From a virus (lineage: Duplodnaviria > Caudoviricetes), in the IMG/VR virus record IMGVR_UViG_3300033076_000906, positions 1-29,263 of that record: a DNA stretch of 29,263 nucleotides. One strand, given 5' to 3'. This document shows, piece after piece, positions 1 through 7,790 of the stretch. The notes under the pieces were generated by a model. It was not told the DNA's origin, searched no databases, and worked only from the letters and a program-made list of their open reading frames with translations. Positions within the stretch are counted from its first letter, which is position 1. Each line of letters opens with the position of its first letter. Position numbers and translations under genes: made by a program.

Positions 1-7
1 GTCCTCC

Positions 8-1579
8 TCAGAATCCGTTGAGATCGACGCCTCGGCCGATCGACCCATAGCCAGCGTCTGCGCCGCGCTCCACCTCTGGAATGTGCTCGGCGATCGTGCG
101 GGTGATGCCCGCGCCTGCAGATTGTACGGATGCACTCCAGTTGCGCACCCACGCAAGAAACTGCGTCACGCTGTCAACCTGGTCGTCGTGCGTGGTCAGT
201 GGGAAGCCGAAGAACTCGCCCTCGAAGTCGGTCAGCCAGGGCGATGACTGCGGCAGGTGCACCAAGCCGGCCTCCACCTGCCCGCTGGCTTCCACGGCGC
301 GGAATGTCTTGTTCCCCTCCGGCTCGATCGGGATGATGGGCAGGCTGGTGGAGCTGCGCAGCTCCTGGATCAGCGACTGCCCGCTGGACTTGTCCTCGAT
401 CAGGATCGCCACCGGGTTGTCGCGCTCGGCCCAGCTGATCACGCGCCGGCGCAGCGTGGGGTAGTCGATCCGGTCGCGGTGCACGTCGGCCAGGTAGTAC
501 CCCGGCACGCCGCGGCCCAGGCGCCAGGCCGTGCCCACGCTGGGGTCGTTCACCTGCTCGGGCTTCTGTGCGGTGTCCCAGCTGTGCACGGTCAGCTTCG
601 CCTCGATCGGGATCTCGCGGTACCGCCTGGCGCACCATGCCGCCTTGAAGATCCCGCCCTCGTCAGGCCGTGGGCGCTGCTGGAACAAAGCCGCCCAGGT
701 GCGCGAGTTCAGGCGGAAGGGAGCCCAATGCTGGGCGTCGAACCACTCCGGCCACAGCATCTGCCCGGGCGCCCGGCCCAGCGGATCGTCGGCCCGCTCC
801 GCCTCGGCCGGCAGGTTGATGATCTCCCACAGGTTGCCGTCCGTGCACTTGATCAGCCCGGACTGGCCGGCGTAGCCCTTCGGCAACAGGCGCCCGGCCA
901 GGTCGTCCTCGTGCCATCGCGTCTGGATCAGGCCCACCCATCCGCCAGGGATCAGGCGGGTGGACAGGTCATCGGTGTAGGCGGCCCACGTCTTATCCCG
1001 GATCGTGGGGCTGTCGGCCTGCTCGCGGCCCTTGATCGGGTCATCGATCAGCGCACCATGCGCCCGGTTGCCCGTCAGGCCCGCCAGCAGGCCAGCGGCT
1101 AGGTACTCGCTGCCGTTTGTCAGGGCCCACTCGTCCGCGGCGCTGCTGTCCTTGCTGATCGTGGCACCCCACAGGGACGAGAAGGCGGTGCTGCGCACGA
1201 TCTGCCGGGCCCGGCGGCCGTGCTTGCGCGCCAGGTCGCTGCCGTAGCTGGCCAGGATGATCTTCGTGCCCGGGTTGCGGCCCATGAAGTATGTCGGGGC
1301 CACCACGCTGGCGTAGGTGCTTTTCGCCGAGCCGGGCGGCATGAAGACCATGAACCGGCCGTACCGGGTGGAGGCGGCCCGCTGGATGGCGTTCAGCAGC
1401 AGCAGGTGGTGGGCGGCCACCGCCGTCTCGATAGGCTGGAACAGCCATGCCTCGGGGTCATCGTCCACCGGCTTACCGGGGATCTCCACCGCCTGCGCGT
1501 ACCCGGCCAGAGACGCGCGCCCGCGTCGCCGGCGCAGCACCTCACGCGCTGCCGCTTGCTGCAGTGGAGACGGGTTCAC
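8..1579 (-). CDS. terL: Terminase large subunit (Terminase_6-type ATPase plus RNase H-like nuclease)
   Basis: Walker A-like FMPPGSAKST, Walker B ALIDDPIK, coupling motif IQTRWHEDDL, nuclease motifs SWDTAQK, IEDKSSG and HDDQVDS. A GGAGG after the stop (1-7) suggests a next gene, probably portal. Confidence 0.95.
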   Translation of the reverse strand: MNPSPLQQAAAREVLRRRRGRASLAGYAQAVEIPGKPVDDDPEAWLFQPIETAVAAHHLLLLNAIQRAASTRYGRFMVFMPPGSAKSTYASVVAPTYFMGRNPGTKIILASYGSDLARKHGRRARQIVRSTAFSSLWGATISKDSSAADEWALTNGSEYLAAGLLAGLTGNRAHGALIDDPIKGREQADSPTIRDKTWAAYTDDLSTRLIPGGWVGLIQTRWHEDDLAGRLLPKGYAGQSGLIKCTDGNLWEIINLPAEAERADDPLGRAPGQMLWPEWFDAQHWAPFRLNSRTWAALFQQRPRPDEGGIFKAAWCARRYREIPIEAKLTVHSWDTAQKPEQVNDPSVGTAWRLGRGVPGYYLADVHRDRIDYPTLRRRVISWAERDNPVAILIEDKSSGQSLIQELRSSTSLPIIPIEPEGNKTFRAVEASGQVEAGLVHLPQSSPWLTDFEGEFFGFPLTTHDDQVDSVTQFLAWVRNWSASVQSAGAGITRTIAEHIPEVERGADAGYGSIGRGVDLNGF

Positions 1580-2048
1580 CGCGCGCGATCTTCTCGAGGT
1601 CTGCGTCGTTCATTGCCTGAAGGCTGCCGGTTGCGTGGACGGCAACAGCACCGCCCGGGCCATCGCCCACGATGCGCCGGCGATCGGTATAGGCGCCGCC
1701 GATCTCCTTGGCGGCTTGCTCCAGCAGTTGCGCCGACATGGCCATGTTCCCGACTGACTCCGCGCGCTGGTGCATGCGGTTCAGCGCGCGGAGGCGGTAG
1801 GCCTGCGATGCGATCGGTATGGCGTCCGCCTCGGCCTTGAATCTCGCGCGCGTCTCCTCGAACAGGCTGCGCAGCTCCTTTGACAGTTCACGTCCGGCGG
1901 CCTTCGTCGGGTCATAGACGGCGATGCGCTGGCGCTCCAGCTTTACGCCGAACTCCTCGAGTACAGCGGCCGCCACCTGCGTGGGGGTGTCATAGCAGGC
2001 CAATGCCTGCACGATGAACCGCTTTACCTTTACGTCCAGCGCTGCCAT
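1542..2048 (-). CDS. terS: Terminase small subunit (DUF2280-like)
   Basis: N-terminus MAAL..VKRFIVQALACYDTPTQVA..EEFG and LLEQAAKEIGG are typical of DUF2280; overlaps the terL start. Confidence 0.88.
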   Translation of the reverse strand: MAALDVKVKRFIVQALACYDTPTQVAAAVLEEFGVKLERQRIAVYDPTKAAGRELSKELRSLFEETRARFKAEADAIPIASQAYRLRALNRMHQRAESVGNMAMSAQLLEQAAKEIGGAYTDRRRIVGDGPGGAVAVHATGSLQAMNDADLEKIARGEPVSTAASGSA

Positions 2049-2054
2049 GGCCAG

Positions 2055-2060
2055 ATTGTA
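2055..2060 (-). promoter_or_regulatory. Putative -10 element (TACAAT) for a leaderless terS transcript
   Basis: Minus strand reads TACAAT-CTGGCC-ATG, placing +1 on the start A; no Shine-Dalgarno visible. Confidence 0.4.
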
Positions 2061-2081
2061 TCGGCCGGTATTGGTCTGCGA

Positions 2082-2738
2082 TCAGGCTGCGATGCGCAGA
2101 TGGCAGGTGCCGCAGGCTTGTGCGATCCTGACGGGCGCCACGTTGGGGCCCTTGGCTGCGGCGATGATCATCTGCCCGAGATAACCCTCCGGGTCGCCAA
2201 CACCGTAGCGCGCGACCACACCGACGAACTCCTCCACGTCATGCGCACGGATGGCCAGTTTCGGGCGCCCGGCTTTGTCGAACGCTGGGTTGCCGAACTC
2301 GTCCAAGCGGTGGCCGCAGTGGTACAGCTCATGTTCCACCAGCGCGCAGAACTCGGCGTCGGAGCACGTGGCGCAGTGCATGGCGTCCAGCGTGATCAGG
2401 AAGCGGGGCGGCGTGCCGAACCACTCGCGCAGTTGCTGCTCGGCGCGCATCATGGCCCAGGCGTTCCCGCGTGACATGCTGGTGTCCTCGGTCAGGCCGA
2501 GGATTCGGCGCCCGGCTTTGGTGTAGCCCTCGGATGACCACAGGAATCCGATCCCGGCGTCAACGAGGTGCCGGTGGTCGGGATTGTGGAGGCGCCCTTC
2601 GTCGGCCAGGATGTTGTCGTGCACCCACGCTTTCAGGTCTGCGGCCGGGGCCATTCTCGGAACGAAGGTCACCTCCAGGATGTCGTCGGGCGGCCGTGGC
2701 CGCGTGGGCAGACTGGCCGCCGTCTTCGTGCGCCTCAT
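2082..2738 (-). CDS. Putative phage metallopeptidase
   Basis: ALVEHELYHC (HExxH) plus HDVEEFVGVVARYG; start taken at MRRTKT (2738). Confidence 0.85.
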   Translation of the reverse strand: MRRTKTAASLPTRPRPPDDILEVTFVPRMAPAADLKAWVHDNILADEGRLHNPDHRHLVDAGIGFLWSSEGYTKAGRRILGLTEDTSMSRGNAWAMMRAEQQLREWFGTPPRFLITLDAMHCATCSDAEFCALVEHELYHCGHRLDEFGNPAFDKAGRPKLAIRAHDVEEFVGVVARYGVGDPEGYLGQMIIAAAKGPNVAPVRIAQACGTCHLRIAA

Positions 2739-2740
2739 GG

Positions 2741-3052
2741 TCAGGCCCTGCCCAGGTCGATCTCCAGCCACTGCCCGCGGCGATCGACCAGAAGGGTGCG
2801 CAGGCCGAACTGGTCGCGCAGCAGCTGGCCCAGGGCGCGGAAGTCGGCCGGGCGCAGCGCCTGGCCATCGCGCCGCAGGTGCCCGCGGATGTAGGCCCGT
2901 CCGCCGGCCAGGATCTGCAGCTGGGCAACCGCGGCGAATGGCGCATGTGCGGCGAAGCCGGGCGAGCCGGCGGGGTACCACCGCAGCGTCAGGCCGGTGA
3001 TCTCGGCGTGCCAGTGCGACCCGGTTACGGGCTGGACAGCCAGCGCACCCAC
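2741..3052 (-). CDS. Hypothetical protein (103 aa)
   Basis: Protein-like C-terminal part of ORF 2741..3676; GTG start at 3052 overlaps the upstream small gene. Confidence 0.55.
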   Translation of the reverse strand: MGALAVQPVTGSHWHAEITGLTLRWYPAGSPGFAAHAPFAAVAQLQILAGGRAYIRGHLRRDGQALRPADFRALGQLLRDQFGLRTLLVDRRGQWLEIDLGRA

Positions 3053-3156
3053 TCGTCCAGCACCGCCGCAGCAGCCAGCGCCAGGGTGAGCAGGATCGCC
3101 CACTCCTGGGTTGTCATGTCGGGGATCAGGCGGCGAAGGGTCAGGGGCCAGCGCAT
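3025..3156 (-). CDS. Small single-TM protein (43 aa, not in ORF track)
   Basis: Hand translation MRWPLTLRRLIPDMTTQEWAILLTLALAAAAVLDEWVRWLSSP*; fills the gap in the operon. Confidence 0.5.
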   Translation of the reverse strand: MRWPLTLRRLIPDMTTQEWAILLTLALAAAAVLDEWVRWLSSP

Positions 3157-3189
3157 GGGCGGAAGTGTGATTCGTGGGGGGCACGGGGG

Positions 3190-3576
3190 TCACCTGTAAG
3201 GCCTGACAGTTGCGAGGATGGCCACCAGTGTGGCAGCGCCCACCTTGCCCAGGTCGAACTGCAGCAGCGCGCTGCACTGTGCGGCGCCGGGTGGTACGTG
3301 CCAGGGGGCGAAGATGAACGCGGTGCTGCAGGTGGCCACCATGGCCTCCTCGGCGATCCACCACAGGGCCACGGCGGCCAGGGTGCGCGTCATGCGGAAG
3401 TGGGCGAGGGCGGCCCACAGAAGGGCAGCGCGCGCGATGGCGCCGGCGGCATTCCAGACCTGGGCCTGGTGCTCGGCAGGGGCCAGCGTCCAGCCGTAGT
3501 GCAGCGCGATGGCCGCGCCGGCCAGGATCAGGGGGAGATCGTGACGAGGGCTGAGGCGGTGGTCTGTACCGGCCAT
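3190..3576 (-). CDS. Multi-pass membrane protein in the lysis region
   Basis: 128 aa with about 4 hydrophobic segments. Confidence 0.65.
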   Translation of the reverse strand: MAGTDHRLSPRHDLPLILAGAAIALHYGWTLAPAEHQAQVWNAAGAIARAALLWAALAHFRMTRTLAAVALWWIAEEAMVATCSTAFIFAPWHVPPGAAQCSALLQFDLGKVGAATLVAILATVRPYR

Positions 3577-3965
3577 AGCTGGTGCATGCGGTTGCAGCGG
3601 TAGGTGATCTGCGCCACCACGGCTGCCGGCCCGGGCTGCATGTGCGGGGGAAGTGGCACCAGGGCGGAAAGCTCACGGTCGCCGGCCGCGCGCACCTGCA
3701 TCCTGGTGACCCCGCCGTCAGCCGGGGCGATCGTCACCTGCGCCAGCTCGGATGTGCAGCGCCTGCCGCGCGGGTCGTCCGCGCCGATGTCCAGCAGCAG
3801 GGGGGCGCCTGGGTAGGCCTGCGCCTGCACCGTCAGGTGCGCCGCCGGGGCCTGCCGATCCAGCAGGAAGGCGAGGGCTGACACCAGCGCCAGGATGGCG
3901 ACAGCCATTGCCACCCGTTCGTGCCGTTCGGCGAAGGCATCGGCCCAGCGAACGGCCTCGATCAT
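3528..3965 (-). CDS. Membrane-anchored protein with periplasmic beta-rich domain (lysis accessory?)
   Basis: ATGA overlap with the upstream gene; TM VAMAVAILALVSALAFLL, then two Cys (RRCTS, YRCNRMHQLWP). Confidence 0.7.
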   Translation of the reverse strand: MIEAVRWADAFAERHERVAMAVAILALVSALAFLLDRQAPAAHLTVQAQAYPGAPLLLDIGADDPRGRRCTSELAQVTIAPADGGVTRMQVRAAGDRELSALVPLPPHMQPGPAAVVAQITYRCNRMHQLWPVQTTASALVTISP

Positions 3966-4159
3966 CGGCCCGACAGCAGTTTGTGCACCGCGTCCCATAG
4001 CGTCGTCACTCCACCAACGATTGCCAGGATCATCACCGCCCAGCGGCGCGCCAGCGCGCGCAGCCATGCCCGGTGTTCCATCTCTTTCGCGTGCTCGCGC
4101 AGCCGCTCCAGCTCGGAATCGCTAAAGGGCTCGGGCCGCGGCTTTCCGCGCGGCGCCAC
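3962..4159 (-). CDS. Small holin-like membrane protein
   Basis: 65 aa with a charged N-terminal helix and a C-terminal TM (WAVMILAIVGGVTTLW); directly follows the endolysin. Confidence 0.6.
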   Translation of the reverse strand: MAPRGKPRPEPFSDSELERLREHAKEMEHRAWLRALARRWAVMILAIVGGVTTLWDAVHKLLSGR

Positions 4160-4160
4160 G

Positions 4161-5291
4161 TCACCGCGTGGGGCGGGGACCGCCGCCGTTCAGGGGGCCG
4201 ACATCGGTCCGCTCGTCCTTGCGGGCGCTGCCGAAGCTGCTGCCCAGCCAGTACCCGGTGATCGCGCCGAGGACGCCCGACACCACCGAGGCAACGACCA
4301 TGGCCTTCACTTCCTGCGACCAGCCGGTGCCCCACAGCACGGCGGCCACGACCATGTAGACCAGCGGCAGGATGGCCAGGGTGATCCACAGCGCCAGGTT
4401 GCGCTTCGGGTCCAGTACCGAGCCGGCGGCGTTCGCCTCGCGGGCAGCCGCGATCCCGCCGCCCACCTCGTCGATCTGGCCCCAGGCTGCGACAACCGCC
4501 TCGCGCACGGCCTTGGCCGCGCTGGGGTCATCGTCCAGCATCGTCACCAGCTCCTGTTCGTTGCGGGCGCCGATGGCCGACTTCGCCACCTCCACCGCCG
4601 TCTGCACCGCGGCCATGTTGCGCTCGGGCACGCTGGTGCCGTCGCCGAACTTGCGCAGCAGCTCCGGCACGTGGCGCATCAGGGCGGGCAGAGCGGCGAG
4701 GACGAAAGCGGGCAGGGCCATGGCGGTGCTGGGTTGTGGTTGTGGAATGGGAGCAGGGACTGCCGGCACCTGGTCCGGTGCCTGGGCCGCTGGCTGCAGG
4801 TCGGGCGCGAACGTGCCCCCGGCCTCGGTGTAGGTGCGCAGGGCCTGCGGCATGGTCTTGGTCGGCTGGCCGTAGGGCGAACCGGGCAGGCTGGCCCACT
4901 CGCGGGCGCACTTGGCGACCGCCTGCTCGAAGCGCCCGGCGATCGCATCATCCAGCGCGCCACGGCGGCGGATCAGGAACACGGCGGCCAGGTCCTGTGA
5001 ATCGCGGCCGAAGTCGCCGATCTGCAGCGCCTGGCGGCACTCGTCCCAGGTGCGCGACAGGAACTGATAGGCGCCGGCGGCTGTGCTGGTGATCGGCCGG
5101 CCGCCCAGCTTGCGGGTAACCGGTATGCGGGGGTGATCGTCCAGTTTCTCGATCAGGTCGCCGCCGAACAGGCGCCGGTAGCCGTCCTCGTCTGCCGTCC
5201 CCTCGCCCACGCGGATGACGTGGAGGAAGGCCCGCAGGTTTCCAGAATCAAGGGCTGCGCGGCAGATCGAACGTAGGGCGTCGGCGTTCAT
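4161..5291 (-). CDS. Lambda R-type lysozyme/transglycosylase endolysin fused to a holin-like membrane domain
   Basis: Residues 1-165: AFLHVIRVGEGT, STAAGAYQFLSRTW, EWASLPGSPYGQP. Then a P/Q/A linker, MALPAFVLAALPAL..., two TMs and GYWLGSSFGSARK. Confidence 0.9.
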   Translation of the reverse strand: MNADALRSICRAALDSGNLRAFLHVIRVGEGTADEDGYRRLFGGDLIEKLDDHPRIPVTRKLGGRPITSTAAGAYQFLSRTWDECRQALQIGDFGRDSQDLAAVFLIRRRGALDDAIAGRFEQAVAKCAREWASLPGSPYGQPTKTMPQALRTYTEAGGTFAPDLQPAAQAPDQVPAVPAPIPQPQPSTAMALPAFVLAALPALMRHVPELLRKFGDGTSVPERNMAAVQTAVEVAKSAIGARNEQELVTMLDDDPSAAKAVREAVVAAWGQIDEVGGGIAAAREANAAGSVLDPKRNLALWITLAILPLVYMVVAAVLWGTGWSQEVKAMVVASVVSGVLGAITGYWLGSSFGSARKDERTDVGPLNGGGPRPTR

Positions 5292-5299
5292 GCGCCGGC

Positions 5300-5345
5300 A
5301 TTGTTACCGCGGTTCGTTACAGCCGGAAACCGCCAATGTTTGCGG
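5300..5345 (-). promoter_or_regulatory. Putative Mor-activated late promoter
   Basis: 16-bp dyad CCGCCAATGTTTGCGG (5330-5345) and -10-like AACAAT (5305-5300) just upstream of the endolysin ATG; no clear -35. Confidence 0.45.
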
Positions 5346-5690
5346 TGCGCGGTCGCGCGCGGTGCGCAGCACGTGCGCCACGGCCTGGCGGGTGAGGCCG
5401 AATTCCAGGCCGATTTTTTCCTGGCTGGTGCCGTCCGAGGCCATGCGCACGATGGCGGCGTTCCGCAGGTCCAGCAGGGCGTTCCGCTCCACGGGCAGCT
5501 GCAGGATCTGCGCGCCGAAGACCGCCACCAGCTTGCGCGCCGTCTCCAGGCCCAGCGCCAGGGCCAGCGGGTCGCCGGGCCCGACCTTCACCGGCACGCG
5601 GAGTTCGCGGCCACCCCACCGTCGCGCGATCTCGATCGCCGCACCGAAGCCCACCGCATCACTCAGTTCACGAAGCACCCGCTGCATCAT
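5304..5690 (-). CDS. Mor/C family transcription activator
   Basis: VGFGAAIEIARRWGGRELRVP and RNAAI..GTSQEKIGLEFGLTRQAVAHVL (C-terminal HTH); occupies the Q position before lysis. Confidence 0.85.
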   Translation of the reverse strand: MMQRVLRELSDAVGFGAAIEIARRWGGRELRVPVKVGPGDPLALALGLETARKLVAVFGAQILQLPVERNALLDLRNAAIVRMASDGTSQEKIGLEFGLTRQAVAHVLRTARDRAPQTLAVSGCNEPR

Positions 5691-6133
5691 GCCGCCTCTC
5701 GCTGTTGCGCCGGGCGGATTGTAGGGTGGCCGCTCAGGTCAGGCAGCGGAGCCGGCACGCCAAGGTAGCTGGCGATGATGGCGGCGGCCCGGGGCCAGTT
5801 GTCCGCCCACTCGGCCACGTAGCCGGCCAGGCGCATGCGCTCCAGCCACTGCAGCTGGGCCTCGGTCGGCTTGCGCTTCGGGGCCTTGAGTTCGAGCCAC
5901 AGCCCGGCGGCGCCCTGACGGCGCAGTGGCAGCAGCAGATCCGACACACCAGGCTTCACGCCTTCGGCCTTTAGGCGCCCGGCCTCGCGCGGGTTGCGGT
6001 GGCCGCCGTTCGGGATGGCCAGCAGGTAGTCGCCGACCCTGGCGCCCGGCTGGATGTCCGCCGCCGGCGGGATCCTGGTGCGGTATGCCCACAGGATCAG
6101 GGCCACCTGGTGCTGATGCTCTACGTGCTGCAC
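5687..6133 (-). CDS. VRR-NUC domain nuclease (resolvase-like)
   Basis: EHQHQ..AIPNGG.R..LKAEGVKPGVSDL..GLWLELKA..PTEAQ; GTG start at 6133. Confidence 0.88.
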   Translation of the reverse strand: MQHVEHQHQVALILWAYRTRIPPAADIQPGARVGDYLLAIPNGGHRNPREAGRLKAEGVKPGVSDLLLPLRRQGAAGLWLELKAPKRKPTEAQLQWLERMRLAGYVAEWADNWPRAAAIIASYLGVPAPLPDLSGHPTIRPAQQREAA

Positions 6134-6339
6134 GGTTCTTCGCCTTTCCTGGCCAGCCAGGCGCGGCGCGAAGCCACCTGCGCATCCTGGGCCGGCACAT
6201 GCTGCGGGCATTCTCTGTCCTGCAGCACCGAGTGGAACTCATGGGTGGGCCGCAGGCGGCAGCAGCCGAAGCCGTGCGCGGCCATCCGGCCGGCCTGGCG
6301 CAGATCCAGGCGATCGCACGTCACGCACTGCACCGTCAT
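6121..6339 (-). CDS. Small Cys-rich hypothetical protein
   Basis: MTVQCVTC..GFGCC..RECPQH; ATGA-coupled to the upstream gene. Confidence 0.7.
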   Translation of the reverse strand: MTVQCVTCDRLDLRQAGRMAAHGFGCCRLRPTHEFHSVLQDRECPQHVPAQDAQVASRRAWLARKGEEPCST

Positions 6340-6782
6340 CGCGGCACCAGGCCCACCAGGCCGCGCCTCACCAGCTCGGCCAGCGTCAGCACGATCGCGC
6401 GATCCATGCGGGCCCGGCGTTCGTCGCGCGTCATGTTTCGGCCCTGGTCGATCTCCGCATGATCGGGCGGGCACAGCGCGGCCACCAGGCAGTCGTCTAC
6501 CTTGGTGCCCATGCCCTTGCCTTCGTTGCGGTGGGCGGCCTGCACCGGCGCGCCGCAGAACACGCACGGGATCGTGCGCACGGCGGCCAGCCAGGCCTCG
6601 CTGCGGAACGGCGCTGGCTTCTGCGCGACCACCGGCGCGCGATCAGCCAATCCGGATGCCATTCGGGCCGGCGCGGCGTGCGCCACAGGCGCCAGCACCT
6701 TCGGCACCGGCTCTGGCGCGGCCTTCACCGGCGGCGCGGTGCGCTTCCACGCGGTGCGCTTCATAGGTGCCGAGCGCTTCAC
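6336..6782 (-). CDS. DUF968/DUF1364-like HNH-fold protein
   Basis: RSEAWLAAVRTIPCVFCG..AAHRNEGKGMGTKVDD..ALCPPDHAEID; GTGA-coupled start. Confidence 0.8.
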   Translation of the reverse strand: MKRSAPMKRTAWKRTAPPVKAAPEPVPKVLAPVAHAAPARMASGLADRAPVVAQKPAPFRSEAWLAAVRTIPCVFCGAPVQAAHRNEGKGMGTKVDDCLVAALCPPDHAEIDQGRNMTRDERRARMDRAIVLTLAELVRRGLVGLVPR

Positions 6783-7309
6783 CGCGTCACCGCCATGGCC
6801 ATCTGCGCCAGCGGGTCGGCGTAGTCTTTCCACCGCTCGCCGCGGCAGATCTTGCTGATCGTGCCCGTGCTGACCTGGAACGGCCCGGCCACCCTGATCT
6901 GCTCGAGCGTCATGCCCTGCGAACGAAGCGCACGCATAGCCCTGGCATCGGCCATGGCGATGCTGCTGCGGCGCCTGCCCGCCTCGGCATGCACAGTGCG
7001 GGTGCGCAGCGTCGAGAACCGCCCAAGGCTGCCCAGCCAGCGGTTCACCTGGGCCCGGGTGACTGCGCGCAGGTGTTCGGGCCGCACACACGCGGGATCG
7101 TTGCAGCGCGCGGGGATCACAAACAGCCCCTGGGGGTCGGTCCCGGTGTGCAGCCTGAACGCGAAAGACCGCACCGACGTGGAGCGCACCTTGTTCACGC
7201 TGGCCACCGGCGCCCCGCTGCCGTTCACCGCACGCTGCCACAGCCAGCACTCACCATCCTCAACGCAGCGCGCGAGCAGCCACTCGGCCAGGTTCTCGCG
7301 CGTCACCAT
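6779..7309 (-). CDS. HNH-endonuclease-like protein with C-terminal HTH (degenerate active site)
   Basis: GECWLWQ..G, CNDPACVRPEHL, and C-terminal GMTLEQI..VSTGTISKICRGERWK. Confidence 0.75.
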   Translation of the reverse strand: MVTRENLAEWLLARCVEDGECWLWQRAVNGSGAPVASVNKVRSTSVRSFAFRLHTGTDPQGLFVIPARCNDPACVRPEHLRAVTRAQVNRWLGSLGRFSTLRTRTVHAEAGRRRSSIAMADARAMRALRSQGMTLEQIRVAGPFQVSTGTISKICRGERWKDYADPLAQMAMAVTR

Positions 7310-7425
7310 GGCAGCACCCCGGACAGGTACCCCGCGCCGACCACGGCCAGCCAGCACAGCACCACCGCACCAACGGCCATCAACAGGCCGCGCCAGCCCA
7401 TCGGGCATTCATCGTCATCACGCAT
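7303..7425 (-). CDS. Small membrane peptide (40 aa)
   Basis: MRDDDECPMGWRGLLMAVGAVVLCWLAVVGAGYLSGVLPW; fills an operon gap. Confidence 0.45.
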   Translation of the reverse strand: MRDDDECPMGWRGLLMAVGAVVLCWLAVVGAGYLSGVLPW

Positions 7426-7790
7426 CTTGTGCACCTGCTCTCGTTGTCGTTCAGCTTGATCTCGTTGGCCTTCGGCAGCGCCGCCAGCCAGGTGGGCCGC
7501 AGCACCACGCGCGACCCCTTCGGCCTGCCGGCCCGGTACTTGGCCTGATACGGGGGCACCACCGGCGCCAGACGGCCCTCGGCGAATGCGAAGCCGGCAG
7601 GCGTCAGGGTGTACGGCCTGGCCACCCTGCCACCACGCCCGGGGGAGTTCACCAGCCCCAGCCGGATCGCGCGCTGCAGGTCCATGCTGATGTCGCGCTG
7701 AATCCTGCCGCTGTACTGCGGCCGGAACTGCCCGATTGGCAGCGGCCCGCGCTCGTACAGCTCGCGCACCGCGATCACCCAGCCGCTCAT
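7380..7790 (-). CDS. Hypothetical protein, possible winged helix
   Basis: ATGA-coupled start; DLQRAIRLGLV..PYTLTPAG pattern. Confidence 0.6.
   Translation of the reverse strand: MSGWVIAVRELYERGPLPIGQFRPQYSGRIQRDISMDLQRAIRLGLVNSPGRGGRVARPYTLTPAGFAFAEGRLAPVVPPYQAKYRAGRPKGSRVVLRPTWLAALPKANEIKLNDNESRCTRCVMTMNARWAGAAC

Noticed and set aside
2087-2099. CTGCG-ATG-CGCAG dyad as a second Mor site upstream of terS
   Set aside because: The position is plausible, but the sequence and spacing differ from the 5330-5345 dyad; too weak to call.
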